Virus record (IMG/VR): IMGVR_UViG_3300013232_000195 | Direction: 5' to 3' (one strand) | Length of the DNA stretch: 64,000 nt | From: an uncultured virus (IMG/VR IMGVR_UViG_3300013232_000195) | Taxonomy: Duplodnaviria > Heunggongvirae > Uroviricota > Caudoviricetes | Part shown: positions 1 through 9,943 of the stretch, piece after piece | How positions within the stretch are numbered: position 1 is the first letter of the stretch | Layout of the letters: every line of letters begins with the position of its first letter | Made by a program: the position numbers and the translations under genes | The notes under the pieces: generated by a model | What the model saw: the letters and a program-made list of their open reading frames with translations, nothing else | Told to the model about the DNA's origin: nothing | Database searches by the model: none

Positions 1-738
1 CATAACGGCATCCACCCGCTTGGGCTTCAACTCCAGGTCCAGATCACCCTTGGTCATCAGGACTGGTTTGTTCCTTAGACCCATTTCGTGCATTATCATG
101 CCGACCTTGTACGGGCTGGTCACGCCCTCGTCGTACACGTTCATCACTAGGGGAACCCCGAACCCCGTGGCGTCCTTCTCGTCGACCAGGAACTCGATGG
201 TCTTGGCGATGGTCTCCGCGCTGGTCATGCTGTTGGGCGTGTCGATCAGCTTGGTGTACGAAACGAGCTTGCTCAACGTGTTTCTTGGAGACGGTACTGG
301 CGAGTATACCTGGCGAGGCCTCAGAATGGCCACCTTGCGATTATGAGTTTCCTTGCTCATTACGGCCTCGCAGCAGACCTTCGTCCACGAGTAGAAACAA
401 GCTGGTGTCGGTGGGCTTCCAGGGAGGAATGGATGACCAGTTTCATCGTATGGGCCGTCCCATATGCACCCGCTGGAGATGTGGATGTACAATTGATCCT
501 TGATCTTCCTCAAGAGTCGTATGGGTTGGGCCACGTTACAATCAAATGCCCGAAGTGGATTCCTCTCGCAGTCTTCCAGCGATGTCTTCCCAGCCGTGTT
601 GATCACCACGTTTACGTTCATGTCATCCAGAGCGTCTTGTTCCAAGTGGTCCATGATGCCCACGAAGTGGTGGGCTGGACGAAGACGTTCCTTAAGGAAC
701 GTCCCTAGATGACCTCCGCCAATTACCAATGCGTTCAT
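1..738 (-). CDS. NAD-dependent epimerase / dTDP-4-dehydrorhamnose reductase (RmlD-like SDR), 3'-partial
   Basis: Manually translated (absent from ORF track): MNALVIGGGHLG Rossmann motif, INTAG, HISSG, YSWTK (YxxxK); open to the window edge. Confidence 0.8.
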   Translation of the reverse strand, partial: MNALVIGGGHLGTFLKERLRPAHHFVGIMDHLEQDALDDMNVNVVINTAGKTSLEDCERNPLRAFDCNVAQPIRLLRKIKDQLYIHISSGCIWDGPYDETGHPFLPGSPPTPACFYSWTKVCCEAVMSKETHNRKVAILRPRQVYSPVPSPRNTLSKLVSYTKLIDTPNSMTSAETIAKTIEFLVDEKDATGFGVPLVMNVYDEGVTSPYKVGMIMHEMGLRNKPVLMTKGDLDLELKPKRVDAVM

Positions 739-1178
739 GGGGCTTCCTCCCGTTCGAATGGCAGCATCAGGCAGACCTCGTATGAGAGTGTCACTGGAAC
801 TGGTGCGACAAACACGTGCATTTCTCCAGCCTTACGTGCCTTCTCTTGCTTCAATACTCGGATGGTATGCTTCTTGATGTCGTTGAAAGACTCCATAAAG
901 TTATCTGGAGACCTGAACTGATACACCACCGAGGTTACCGTCATGGACGGCCCGACCACTGACGCCTGAGTGTTCGACACGGGAATGGCGCTACACCATA
1001 TGCCCTTACGTCTGACAGACAACTCGGCGTCGTAGGTTAGTTCTGCCTCGGAGAGGATCTCAAGCCACAGTACCTTGATCATTGGTTTGATTTCGGCATA
1101 GAACATCCTCTCGTCTACCAGAACGGGATCCGTTTCAAAGGCTGGATTCATTCCTAAGTCCTCCATAGGAATGATCAT
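735..1178 (-). CDS. hypothetical protein
   Basis: 147-aa ORF, ATGA overlap with downstream SDR gene. Confidence 0.6.
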   Translation of the reverse strand: MIIPMEDLGMNPAFETDPVLVDERMFYAEIKPMIKVLWLEILSEAELTYDAELSVRRKGIWCSAIPVSNTQASVVGPSMTVTSVVYQFRSPDNFMESFNDIKKHTIRVLKQEKARKAGEMHVFVAPVPVTLSYEVCLMLPFEREEAP

Positions 1179-1207
1179 ACGCTCGCAAAAAGACGTGCCA
1201 AAAACAC

Positions 1208-1235
1208 TTGATGGGAAGAGAAGACGTGATATGCT
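1208..1235 (+). promoter_or_regulatory. sigma70-like promoter
   Basis: TTGATG-16bp-TATGCT with extended -10 TG. Confidence 0.5.
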
Positions 1236-1245
1236 CCCGCCGTGA

Positions 1246-1941
1246 TTGGAGGTAGGTATGCCTCAGACTTTAGTAGTGAACTTCCTGAAGGCGTTGTCAG
1301 AGTCAAGGATGTCGTATGTTTTGGCTGACCAAGTCTCTGCAAAGAACCTCGTGGTTCTGCTCTTGCGTCAATTGTCAGTCCGTAGTTTGTGGTATCTTGA
1401 CCCAGCAGTTCACTTGGCTGGTTTGGAGGCTCCCATTCTGAAGCTGGAACCTCATCGTGCCGACCCACCGTTCTCTGACTTTGGGTTCATCAAAGGCGGA
1501 CATGGATTTCATCTATATAATTACTCATGTGCGATTAAATTCGAACATTCTGATGCAATCTCTATCGGAAGCAGGGGTTTGCAGATCCCTCAATGGTCAA
1601 CGAGACCTTGCGTCAAGATAGACGTACAAAAAAATCCCAGTACGGTCTCGAAAACAGACGACTTCGTTGCTTCGATTGTGAACAATCAAATCGTCATACA
1701 CAAGGACCGACGAGGTTTTTTTGTGAGCAGCAACAACGCTTATGGATTCCAGATGCCGATCCTTGATTACCCTGAAGACGAAGCGAAAGAGGAGAAGCCG
1801 ATCTCTCCCCAAGAGGAGCTTGCCCAAGTGACCGAAAAGCTGTACGACGTGCGACACAAGAAGGCTTTCTATGACCCAAGAGTACTTTTGAAGAGATACA
1901 AGGAGTTGACGGGACGTGACCAGCCTGGTTTCTACGCGTAA
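1246..1941 (+). CDS. hypothetical protein
   Basis: Long ORF; start uncertain. Confidence 0.55.
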   Translation: MEVGMPQTLVVNFLKALSESRMSYVLADQVSAKNLVVLLLRQLSVRSLWYLDPAVHLAGLEAPILKLEPHRADPPFSDFGFIKGGHGFHLYNYSCAIKFEHSDAISIGSRGLQIPQWSTRPCVKIDVQKNPSTVSKTDDFVASIVNNQIVIHKDRRGFFVSSNNAYGFQMPILDYPEDEAKEEKPISPQEELAQVTEKLYDVRHKKAFYDPRVLLKRYKELTGRDQPGFYA

Positions 1942-1959
1942 AGGAGAAGCTTCACTAGG

Positions 1960-2340
1960 ATGAAGACCTCGCAGAGAGACATCGTTGAGCGCATGCTCAA
2001 TGATAAGGACGGCTGCTTTTTCAAAATCCGAGGATTCACCAAAGGTGACGGGGAGCGTGAGGTCTACGTGGACTTGGAACGTGTTGTCCACTCTGTTCCA
2101 GGCGGCTTATGGAACAGATACAACTTCAAGTTCAAGTTGACAGATGAAATCATCTCTCTCATGATCGAGCAAGCCGAGCTTGGTGAAAAGCAAGCGGCAG
2201 CTAAGAGAAAGGCCTTCGAAGAAGAAGTGAGAAAGCTAAAAACGGCTGAAATCAAGGCCCGCGAGGAAGAGTTCCTCAAGAAATACGATGTCATAGAAGA
2301 CGAGCATGGTGTCTGTCACATCGTGGAGAGGAATAAATGA
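1960..2340 (+). CDS. hypothetical protein
   Basis: AAGGAG RBS, ATGA overlap with next gene. Confidence 0.65.
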   Translation: MKTSQRDIVERMLNDKDGCFFKIRGFTKGDGEREVYVDLERVVHSVPGGLWNRYNFKFKLTDEIISLMIEQAELGEKQAAAKRKAFEEEVRKLKTAEIKAREEEFLKKYDVIEDEHGVCHIVERNK

Positions 2341-2924
2341 ACCAGCAATTCTCCATCGTTCTTGCCGACCTTCCAGATCCGACTGATGCGTCAGTCGTTG
2401 AGCGTGTCTTCGAGGCGGGATGCAATGACTGCACGCCATGCGTTCAGAACGGCGTCTTACGGTTGGACTTCGATCGGGAAGCAAAGTCGTGTCCAGAGGC
2501 ATTCGATAGCGCCATCAAGCAATTGAAGGCCGCTGGCTTCAACCCACGAACTTCCGACTATGTGAAGCGCCCCAAGAAGAAGAGAGACGTCAAGGCGTTC
2601 AAGTTCTCTGTCCAGCCATGGGGATTGCCTAAGAAAGAGATAGTTTTGTTCTTCAGCAAGCATCCGACTTGGGCCGAGGTCAAGGATGCTTTTGATGAAT
2701 ACGCCTTCCAGAGTTGGGGTGGGGTTCCTTGCGGTCAGACTCCCGAGGAGATTGAGCATTCTAAGTTCGTTGGGGAATGTGATAACATCATCCACAAGGC
2801 ATGCGGTGACGTAAAGGTTGATGGGTTCGGAAGCGAGTTTGTACCTCCAGCCAAGAAGAAGCCATACTTGAAGACCATCATGGTTGGTAATGGCCAAGTC
2901 GAACTCAAGAAGTCATGGTACTGA
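2337..2924 (+). CDS. hypothetical protein
   Basis: Coupled ORF in + strand run. Confidence 0.65.
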   Translation: MNQQFSIVLADLPDPTDASVVERVFEAGCNDCTPCVQNGVLRLDFDREAKSCPEAFDSAIKQLKAAGFNPRTSDYVKRPKKKRDVKAFKFSVQPWGLPKKEIVLFFSKHPTWAEVKDAFDEYAFQSWGGVPCGQTPEEIEHSKFVGECDNIIHKACGDVKVDGFGSEFVPPAKKKPYLKTIMVGNGQVELKKSWY

Positions 2925-2933
2925 GGGAAAAGA

Positions 2934-3182
2934 ATGCAGATCAAATTCACGACCTCCGAGCTTGAAAGACTGTGCGATGCTCTCGTGGCCATCCAAGGCA
3001 AAGAGATGGCTGGCAGCAGGGATTATAGACAAGAGGACGAGGACGATTCCATTATACGCAAACTCAAGGCGCTATTCAAGCAAGCCAAGGACGAGGAGAA
3101 AGAAGCCTTAAAGTTCAGGGCCGAAGTACTGGCCGAAGCAGAGAAGATCGTCAAAGCCAGACACAAGGAGAACAAAAAATGA
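2934..3182 (+). CDS. hypothetical protein
   Basis: Coupled ORF. Confidence 0.6.
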   Translation: MQIKFTTSELERLCDALVAIQGKEMAGSRDYRQEDEDDSIIRKLKALFKQAKDEEKEALKFRAEVLAEAEKIVKARHKENKK

Positions 3183-4219
3183 TCGTCATCAAGTTCGTTG
3201 TTCCATTGAATGATAAAAACATTGCATCCAAAGAGGTCAGATTCGAGGAGACGGAGGCTGGACACCTTGCCGCAATCGCCATGGCCCTTGACTGGCTTAA
3301 GGGGATCTCGCAGAATTGCCACGACCTAGACGAGTCTATCAAGAAAAAGTTCTCACCCAAGGACAAGTGGAGGTGGTACAATGAATGCGAATGGCTTTGG
3401 GACAAGGCCGCCATGCCGAGCCATTACACTCCCAGACCTCCAAAACCGTCAAGGCCATACGCGAAATCATCTGGACTGACAGCCATGCCAGAAGCAGATG
3501 TTGGAGGCCTCATGCCTTCACCGAGCTTGCCAGAAGAACATTACGGAGAGAACGCCCGAACGCTTAGCACGGCGGAGCGCGGCGCTGAGACTCTCGCCAA
3601 TGCAGTCGAGACTCTCGCGGAGCCAGCCAGGCCTCAAGCACAGATGCCTGGAGCGGTTCCGTCCGTGACTGACATGAAGTTCTTGAAGGAGCTGATAACC
3701 AAGAACATCTCCACGCATCTCAACGGGCCGAACGAATACGTTGAAGCCGAAAAGGACCTCGATGAGGTCATCAAGGTCTTACAAGACGGGGTTCTCAAGG
3801 CGACCGACACGCAACTCAGGATCAGGGTTCATTCAGAATGCAGAGACGATGGCGAACAAAGAAAAATCCTCTGCTTGCATTCGAACTGCCCGAATGACAT
3901 TCCGAAATACCAGACTCCAACCTTCATCATTGCCTTCAGCCTGGGGCCGAAAGGATACCCAATCAAAACTTACAGGTTCGACAATTGCGACGTGTTCAGT
4001 AGCGGCCTCCAGATCGGAGAGTTGAAGGACAAGGGAGAGTTGTGCAACTTCGCTCTTAGGCTCACTTGGGATAACACAAGCAAAGATATACGCTGCATCC
4101 CAGTCGAGGCGGTCAACTTGTTGCATAGGATGGACAAGGCCGTCGCAGCCAACTTGCAGAAGGCAATCGACGCCTTGAATGCCATACCCATCCCAAAAGA
4201 GGAGAAGAAAAGGAAGTAG
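3179..4219 (+). CDS. hypothetical protein
   Basis: 346-aa ORF with GGAG RBS. Confidence 0.7.
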   Translation: MIVIKFVVPLNDKNIASKEVRFEETEAGHLAAIAMALDWLKGISQNCHDLDESIKKKFSPKDKWRWYNECEWLWDKAAMPSHYTPRPPKPSRPYAKSSGLTAMPEADVGGLMPSPSLPEEHYGENARTLSTAERGAETLANAVETLAEPARPQAQMPGAVPSVTDMKFLKELITKNISTHLNGPNEYVEAEKDLDEVIKVLQDGVLKATDTQLRIRVHSECRDDGEQRKILCLHSNCPNDIPKYQTPTFIIAFSLGPKGYPIKTYRFDNCDVFSSGLQIGELKDKGELCNFALRLTWDNTSKDIRCIPVEAVNLLHRMDKAVAANLQKAIDALNAIPIPKEEKKRK

Positions 4220-4300
4220 AAACTTAGGCGCTTATTGCGTTTAGTGACATGGTGGCAATACTTCACCTTCGAAGTCCCCACCAAGTAAAAGGAGAGAAAG

Positions 4301-4684
4301 ATGCATCGACTCGCATTGATCGTACTCGCCGCTGGACTTCTCGCGGCCCCGGCATTCTGCGGAGAAGCAGAAGGCAAGGGTGAAGGTGGGCGCGGACCAA
4401 GGCATGGAATGGTCATCAAGTTCGTGCTCGACCATGCCAAGGAACTGGCCCTCACCGACGACCAGAAGGACAAGATTGAGGCCTTGGTCAAGGAACATGA
4501 GGCCCGAAAAGGAGAAGGCCGACCTGAACCAAAGCGCGGTGAGGGACGCCCAGAAGGAAAAGCCGAAGGCAAGCATAGAGGCCCATTGGCCGACATCCTC
4601 ACCGAGGAACAAGGGGCCAAGCTGCATGAACTTCTGAAGGCCAATCGTCCAGAAGGTAAGAAGGAATCGGAAGACAAGCCTTAG
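4301..4684 (+). CDS. secreted Spy/CpxP-like (LTxxQ) protein
   Basis: Sec signal peptide MHRLALIVLAAGLLAAPAFC; two LTxxQ motifs (LTDDQ, LTEEQ); AAGGAG RBS. Confidence 0.6.
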   Translation: MHRLALIVLAAGLLAAPAFCGEAEGKGEGGRGPRHGMVIKFVLDHAKELALTDDQKDKIEALVKEHEARKGEGRPEPKRGEGRPEGKAEGKHRGPLADILTEEQGAKLHELLKANRPEGKKESEDKP

Positions 4685-4703
4685 CACAATAATGACTTGA
4701 AAG

Positions 4704-4738
4704 ACAAGGCCGTGGCCTTTGATGCCACGGCCTTGTCG
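4704..4738. terminator. inverted-repeat hairpin, possible terminator
   Basis: GACAAGGCCGTGGC-7nt-GCCACGGCCTTGTC, 14-bp perfect stem; no U-tract. Confidence 0.45.
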
Positions 4739-4761
4739 TATCATCACGCAGGAGGAATTTT

Positions 4762-5313
4762 ATGGGGTTCATACGCGAAATCACCCTTCAGAACGGAGAT
4801 GCCACCTTTGCCATTTTCCAGGTCAGGACTTTCCAAGAGTCGGACTTCGGACTATGCGACGGGTTTTGCAAGTATGAGGGTGGCGAGGGATTGATTTATC
4901 CTCCAGAGTTGTGGGAGTCCAACGATAGCTTCAGACGTCGCCTAGAACAATTCCCAGAGGGATGTATGGCCGTCGTCAGCCCTTCAGGAGGGCTCGTGGC
5001 GTACTCCTTCAGCCACCCATGGGAAAAAGACTCCATCGTCCCTCTAAACTGCAAGGACTTGGTCATTCCCGTTGATGCTGACTGTTATTACCTCCATGAC
5101 TTGGCCGTCATACCAGCATATAGGCGTAGGGGAATCGCCCAAGTACTCTTGAATCTCGCCTTGGACATCGCCAGACGCCATGGTTTCAAACTGGTCAAGG
5201 GCGTGGCCGTCCAGAACTCACACAAGCATTGGGCGAAATGCGGGTTCGAGATAGGTGAAGAGATAACCTATGGGACGGTTCCAGGACGCATAATCACCAT
5301 GCGGCTGGGTTGA
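4762..5313 (+). CDS. GNAT-family N-acetyltransferase
   Basis: LHDLAVIPAYRRRGIA acetyl-CoA motif, W..CGF C-terminal motif; GGAGG RBS. Confidence 0.85.
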   Translation: MGFIREITLQNGDATFAIFQVRTFQESDFGLCDGFCKYEGGEGLIYPPELWESNDSFRRRLEQFPEGCMAVVSPSGGLVAYSFSHPWEKDSIVPLNCKDLVIPVDADCYYLHDLAVIPAYRRRGIAQVLLNLALDIARRHGFKLVKGVAVQNSHKHWAKCGFEIGEEITYGTVPGRIITMRLG

Positions 5314-5373
5314 TTTTTGGCTTGCACTTAGGCCGCTAGTCCATTATCATGTAGCCCAGAACGGAGGTTTCAC

Positions 5374-6354
5374 ATGGAATGCGGAACGCAAGGCGACACA
5401 GAGGTACGAAAGTCCCAACTCAAAGACTTCGATGTGTACAAGAGTTCCATGAAGGATCATTTTTATTTCATCTACGTGAGTCTGGCCACTGGTGAAAGGA
5501 TGAGGGTTCCTCTGAAGGTCATGCATATGAAGCATTGGCCAAAGGACGAACCAGTAGAGGGAAGATCCAGTTACTACTATGTTTCATGCTCCGATATGGG
5601 ATGGACCCCTTATCAAGGGTACCATGACCCCATGGCGATAGAACGTGTTTTTCTAGTACCACCCGTCTCGTATCCAGAACATGTGAAGGAAGTACTGAAG
5701 GAGCTTCATGATCTAGATGTTCCAGTCAAGTTGACTTCGTACGGGAACGTTGACGAGGAACAAAGGAAGTTTCTGAAGACCGAGGCGCTCGTACGGAGCC
5801 TGAGGGCGTTGCACAGCAAGCGCGAAATCTCAGACCAAGTTCTGATCAAGAGGCTTAAGGAAGTAGAAGCCACTGGTACGATCATGAACGAGTACATCAA
5901 GAACTTGATCAAGATCCATGAGAACAGACCAAGGCCGTCAAAGCCGTCGTCTCCCATTCAGTCCTATACATGGTTTGACTCTATAGACATGGATTACGAA
6001 ACCGAGGTAGCCAAACTAAGGGCTGAGCATCTGGAAACGGAGATTAAAAAGAGAGCTAACCCTTGCGGTGAAATCGAAATGAGCCCCAGAGCGATGACTC
6101 AAATTGGTTCTCCTCACAACGTCGATTCCCATACCGACGAAGACTTGGCGGCAAGGGGGAAGAGAAAGACGGCAGAAGCGTCCTTGATGTTTGAGATCTG
6201 CGCGTTCGACAAGATTAAGGCCAAGACCGTTGTTGCTACCTTGCGCCAGCTTGGATTCGAGTCTGACGAATCAGCCAAGTCATGCCTCTTGGCAATTGAC
6301 AACAAGATCAAGGAACTCAACGCTCTTAGGGACGTCGTCAAAGAGATGCAGTAG
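5374..6354 (+). CDS. hypothetical protein
   Basis: 326-aa ORF, GGAGG RBS. Confidence 0.7.
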   Translation: MECGTQGDTEVRKSQLKDFDVYKSSMKDHFYFIYVSLATGERMRVPLKVMHMKHWPKDEPVEGRSSYYYVSCSDMGWTPYQGYHDPMAIERVFLVPPVSYPEHVKEVLKELHDLDVPVKLTSYGNVDEEQRKFLKTEALVRSLRALHSKREISDQVLIKRLKEVEATGTIMNEYIKNLIKIHENRPRPSKPSSPIQSYTWFDSIDMDYETEVAKLRAEHLETEIKKRANPCGEIEMSPRAMTQIGSPHNVDSHTDEDLAARGKRKTAEASLMFEICAFDKIKAKTVVATLRQLGFESDESAKSCLLAIDNKIKELNALRDVVKEMQ

Positions 6355-6382
6355 TCGAACGTGCCAAAGGACATGCTACAAT
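6355..6382 (+). promoter_or_regulatory. GTGCC-class promoter
   Basis: TCGAAC-GTGCC..(16bp)-TGC-TACAAT. Confidence 0.55.
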
Positions 6383-6401
6383 CAATGCAGGAGGACTTTC
6401 C

Positions 6402-7136
6402 GTGAAGACCGTTGCCATCAAAGCGCCCCATGTGTCGCCAGACGAGAAGTACGTTGATGAGGCCATTGAACGTTTCATCCGAGGGACGACTACGAGCAAG
6501 GACGCGCTCACGCCAGTCTTCGTTGGAACTCATGTCTGCGTGGTTCTCTGGAAGGGTCACACGGCCTACATGGGACGAGGCCGCTCCGTCTACTTCCGCT
6601 CCGAACTTAAGCTCCTGGAATTCAAGCCAAACCTCGGAAACGAGCGTGGACAGATTTTCTACGATTTGCATCCAGAAGGATGCAAGCTCACCAAGAAGAT
6701 CATGGACGAGGCCATCGCAAAGGCCAGGCAGTACGATACTGGATACCTTGACGAGATTGCAAAGAAGGAAAAGCAAGCCGAGCTAAAAGAGGACGAATGG
6801 AATACCAGAGTCCGCTGGGCCAGCTTGTTTGCCGAAGGCATCGGCCTCAAGGGAGACTTCGAGTGTCGCAACTTCGATGGCGACAACTTCCTTGAGTACA
6901 TAGTGGACGACGTCGCCATTAGGGAACCAGCCTCCATCATTTTCGGAGAGAACAAGGTCAAGATGACCGTCGAGGTAGAGATGATGTTCGACATGAGGGC
7001 AAACCCTTGCGTCAGGATACACCTACGTGGCTACCATGCGTCTGTCCCTAGCCCTACCAGCGTCATCAACTCGACTTTCTACGAGACGACTCCTAACAAG
7101 GTGCGGGAATGGCTCAAAAAGGTGGGCGTCAAATGA
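6402..7136 (+). CDS. hypothetical protein
   Basis: GGAGG RBS + GTG start. Confidence 0.7.
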   Translation: MKTVAIKAPHVSPDEKYVDEAIERFIRGTTTSKDALTPVFVGTHVCVVLWKGHTAYMGRGRSVYFRSELKLLEFKPNLGNERGQIFYDLHPEGCKLTKKIMDEAIAKARQYDTGYLDEIAKKEKQAELKEDEWNTRVRWASLFAEGIGLKGDFECRNFDGDNFLEYIVDDVAIREPASIIFGENKVKMTVEVEMMFDMRANPCVRIHLRGYHASVPSPTSVINSTFYETTPNKVREWLKKVGVK

Positions 7137-7285
7137 GAAAGAGATCAATCAAATCTCTCTATTACGAACTGCTCTTTGCCGTAGAAAGCAAGTTCAACGG
7201 AGAGAGCAGACACGAAACTGCGCTAAGGTACATAAGAGAAGCGGAATCTCGTGAGTCAAAAATGGGACGCAAAATCAAGATTTAG
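7133..7285 (+). CDS. small hypothetical protein (50 aa)
   Basis: ATGA overlap; MRKRSIKSLYYELLFAVESKFNGESRHETALRYI... Confidence 0.55.
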   Translation: MRKRSIKSLYYELLFAVESKFNGESRHETALRYIREAESRESKMGRKIKI

Positions 7286-7315
7286 GACGTATCATCTCCA
7301 AACTGGAGATGAATT

Positions 7316-8308
7316 ATGTCAACTACTTCTGGATGGCATGTTACTACTGGTTGCGTATCTAGTGGCTATATATCGCAGGGGTCTGGTTTTATAGGTGGAT
7401 GGCATGTTGCTTGTGGATCGATCATGGTCAGAGACTCATGGCAGAAGTCAGACGAACCGCAATCTGGATTCCCAGCATTTACTGGTAGCCTTCTCGAGAA
7501 AGAAGCCTTGAGCAGGACGCCAAGGAACGGACAAGAAAAGACCGAAGAGATGTCATCTGGCTGGCCACATCACGACTGGCTACCTTGTGCTTGTTCTGGA
7601 TGGCCCCACAAGAAGACTCCATGTCCACATTTCGTCGTGAGGCAGCATCCGATCGGGGTCGTCAACACGTACCATCCAACCGATCCACATCTACGCCACA
7701 TCGCCCATGACGCCACTCGGTTCGCCACCGAGATATCGGGAGAGATGATGATATCGGAAATCAGGCATCCCATCTACGACGTGACGGGAAAGCTGGTCCA
7801 AGGCGCTCACTTGAGCGAGACTCCGCGTGACTGCGACTACTGCCCACAATATGTTGGTGGCTGGTCCATCAAGACGTGTTCTGGATGCCCGAACGAGACG
7901 ATCTACGCCCCTCCTGGGTTCTACAAGGACTACGGGATCCGACAGTCCATCGAACTTAACAAGACGAAGAAGGAGATAGAAATCCTAAAGGATCGAATCA
8001 AACATTTAGAAGAACATATTGACGCTAGGAAAGAGAAAACAGAGGTATTCAGGAAGACCTTCAACTGTACCTATAAGGAATCTTTCACTCTTTCTAGCGG
8101 ATCCATTTGCTACATTTGCCCGTCATGTGATCGCGTCGGTCGAGAATGCCTAGCCAACGACAAGCCTCCAGTATACGAACGTGACCCGCGTTCTCAATGT
8201 ACCGTGAACAGAAGGGGTGATCCGCCAGAGTCATGCGGCCCGATCCAAGGTAGCGGATCTTTCGTGGCGCGGTACGGAACACGCTCGCAAGCAGGACTAA
8301 TGTCTTGA
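7316..8308 (+). CDS. Cys-rich hypothetical protein with GW(H/P) repeats
   Basis: 330 aa, repeated GWH/GWP motifs, several CxxC. Confidence 0.65.
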   Translation: MSTTSGWHVTTGCVSSGYISQGSGFIGGWHVACGSIMVRDSWQKSDEPQSGFPAFTGSLLEKEALSRTPRNGQEKTEEMSSGWPHHDWLPCACSGWPHKKTPCPHFVVRQHPIGVVNTYHPTDPHLRHIAHDATRFATEISGEMMISEIRHPIYDVTGKLVQGAHLSETPRDCDYCPQYVGGWSIKTCSGCPNETIYAPPGFYKDYGIRQSIELNKTKKEIEILKDRIKHLEEHIDARKEKTEVFRKTFNCTYKESFTLSSGSICYICPSCDRVGRECLANDKPPVYERDPRSQCTVNRRGDPPESCGPIQGSGSFVARYGTRSQAGLMS

Positions 8309-8319
8309 TTGGCACGCAG

Positions 8320-8347
8320 TTGACTGTGCCTGGCATCATGGTATACT
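8320..8347 (+). promoter_or_regulatory. GTGCC-class promoter
   Basis: TTGACT-GTGCC..(16bp)-TGG-TATACT. Confidence 0.7.
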
Positions 8348-8363
8348 ATGGGCAGAGGAGACC

Positions 8364-8717
8364 ATGATGTCGAACGTGATCAAAGCCTTGTTCAGCCTGG
8401 AAGACGTCGGGTTCTGGATCTCGCCTGAAGGCAAGATGGTTGACGTCTACCATCCCATGTCCACCCATGAACAAGTGGCCAAAGACATCCTCAACGACCA
8501 GTCCGAGGACCGACCCATCAAGAAACTCATCCTCCAAGGCTGGATCAGGGTTTCCATGGGGACTCTCTTCCATGCCAAACGGTTCGGAGAGAGCCAGAAG
8601 GCTTTGCTTAAGTCCTTGATACGCAACAACTACCATCTGTACGAGGACGCGACCATCGAGTTGCAGACGCCCAAGGAAACGGTTCTCGTTCCCGCCAAAG
8701 AGTTCGTCAACTCCTAA
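8364..8717 (+). CDS. hypothetical protein (paralog of next gene)
   Basis: GAGGAG RBS; PEG...H..VA..IL...GWIRVS. Confidence 0.7.
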   Translation: MMSNVIKALFSLEDVGFWISPEGKMVDVYHPMSTHEQVAKDILNDQSEDRPIKKLILQGWIRVSMGTLFHAKRFGESQKALLKSLIRNNYHLYEDATIELQTPKETVLVPAKEFVNS

Positions 8718-8765
8718 AGGAAGGTCGTGGGCATTCTCCTAAGTGTCTTCTAGGAGAATGCTTAC

Positions 8766-9311
8766 ATGACCGTAGTAGAGTTCGTCAGAACCTTCCGCTT
8801 CTACCGTCAAGCCAACATCCTCAGCGAGTTCGGCCACTCCGATGACAATTTCCTATTGGCCCCAGATGGCCATGAAGTTCCTTGCCCAGGCCAGTCTCAC
8901 GTTGGTATGGCCCAAAAGATTTTGGAAGAAAGAGGGGTTCGTGATATCGACGGCGCATTGTTTACGCTCCTGAAAGAAGGCTGGATCAGGATATCGGGAA
9001 CGACCTTTGAAATGCATGGGTACACAGCCTCAAAGAAAGTACTCCTTGCCTCATTCATATCCAGACACCCAGAGATATACGATGGTGTCGATATCGTGGA
9101 GATCGACAACATCAAGAAGGGCTTTTCCAAGCAGTACCCCATCTCCTCGATACGCGGCGAAGACTTCAATCCAGCGGCGGCCGAGAACGCTGGAATGTTC
9201 ATGGCCGTACAGAACTACGATGCCGTTCCGCAAAAGCCAAAGGGGTACGTCCCAGACTACATGCGTAATGCACCAGAACTCGTGAAGCAACGCTTCAGGG
9301 AAGGCGACTAG
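8766..9311 (+). CDS. hypothetical protein (paralog of previous gene)
   Basis: AGGAG RBS; PDG...H..MA..IL...GWIRIS. Confidence 0.7.
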   Translation: MTVVEFVRTFRFYRQANILSEFGHSDDNFLLAPDGHEVPCPGQSHVGMAQKILEERGVRDIDGALFTLLKEGWIRISGTTFEMHGYTASKKVLLASFISRHPEIYDGVDIVEIDNIKKGFSKQYPISSIRGEDFNPAAAENAGMFMAVQNYDAVPQKPKGYVPDYMRNAPELVKQRFREGD

Positions 9312-9881
9312 ATGAACATCGTCAAGATAGCTGGATTCACCACTGACTTCATCGACTATGACATCATCGCCCATGAGTCCATCGTCAAAGAAAGCGATCA
9401 AGGCTTCTCCGTGTTCGAGAAGGGGACTGAGAATTACCTCCTCACCTTCAGGAACAAAGAGGACGCCGTGTCGTTCGCCGAGTTGTTTGACGCGGCAAAC
9501 CTCCGCAGGAAGAACGTGTCTAGAGTATGGGAAAAGTTCCTTCCATTGAGCGAGGACAAGGACAAACACATCCGCGAGGAGAACAAGGTCCTTCGCTCCA
9601 AGTTCGACGAGGAGCAAGAGGAACGGGACGAGCTTCTGGCACCATACAATGAAGAAGAAAGAAAAGAAAGATACAAGAAGTTGAAGTCAGAAGGCCTTCC
9701 GTTCGTCCCAGAGGTCGAAAAAGAGATTCAAGAGTTCAGGGAACATTCCGATAAGCCTCATGGCATCGAGTTACCCTCCATTCCTTCGCATCCAGAACTT
9801 CCATCCGTTCAGGAGTTGAAAGAGCGCCATAGGGAACGCCTGGTCGCTTTCGTGAAGTCCATCTGCCTCAAAGCTGGTTAG
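9312..9881 (+). CDS. hypothetical protein
   Basis: Abuts previous stop codon. Confidence 0.65.
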   Translation: MNIVKIAGFTTDFIDYDIIAHESIVKESDQGFSVFEKGTENYLLTFRNKEDAVSFAELFDAANLRRKNVSRVWEKFLPLSEDKDKHIREENKVLRSKFDEEQEERDELLAPYNEEERKERYKKLKSEGLPFVPEVEKEIQEFREHSDKPHGIELPSIPSHPELPSVQELKERHRERLVAFVKSICLKAG

Positions 9882-9895
9882 GCACGACTAAAACG

Positions 9896-9923
9896 TTGAC
9901 TTGGCGCTTGTCCATGGTATCCT
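9896..9923 (+). promoter_or_regulatory. sigma70-like promoter
   Basis: TTGACT-16bp-TATCCT with extended TG. Confidence 0.6.
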
Positions 9924-9943
9924 TCCCCGAGAAGGAGACCGAC

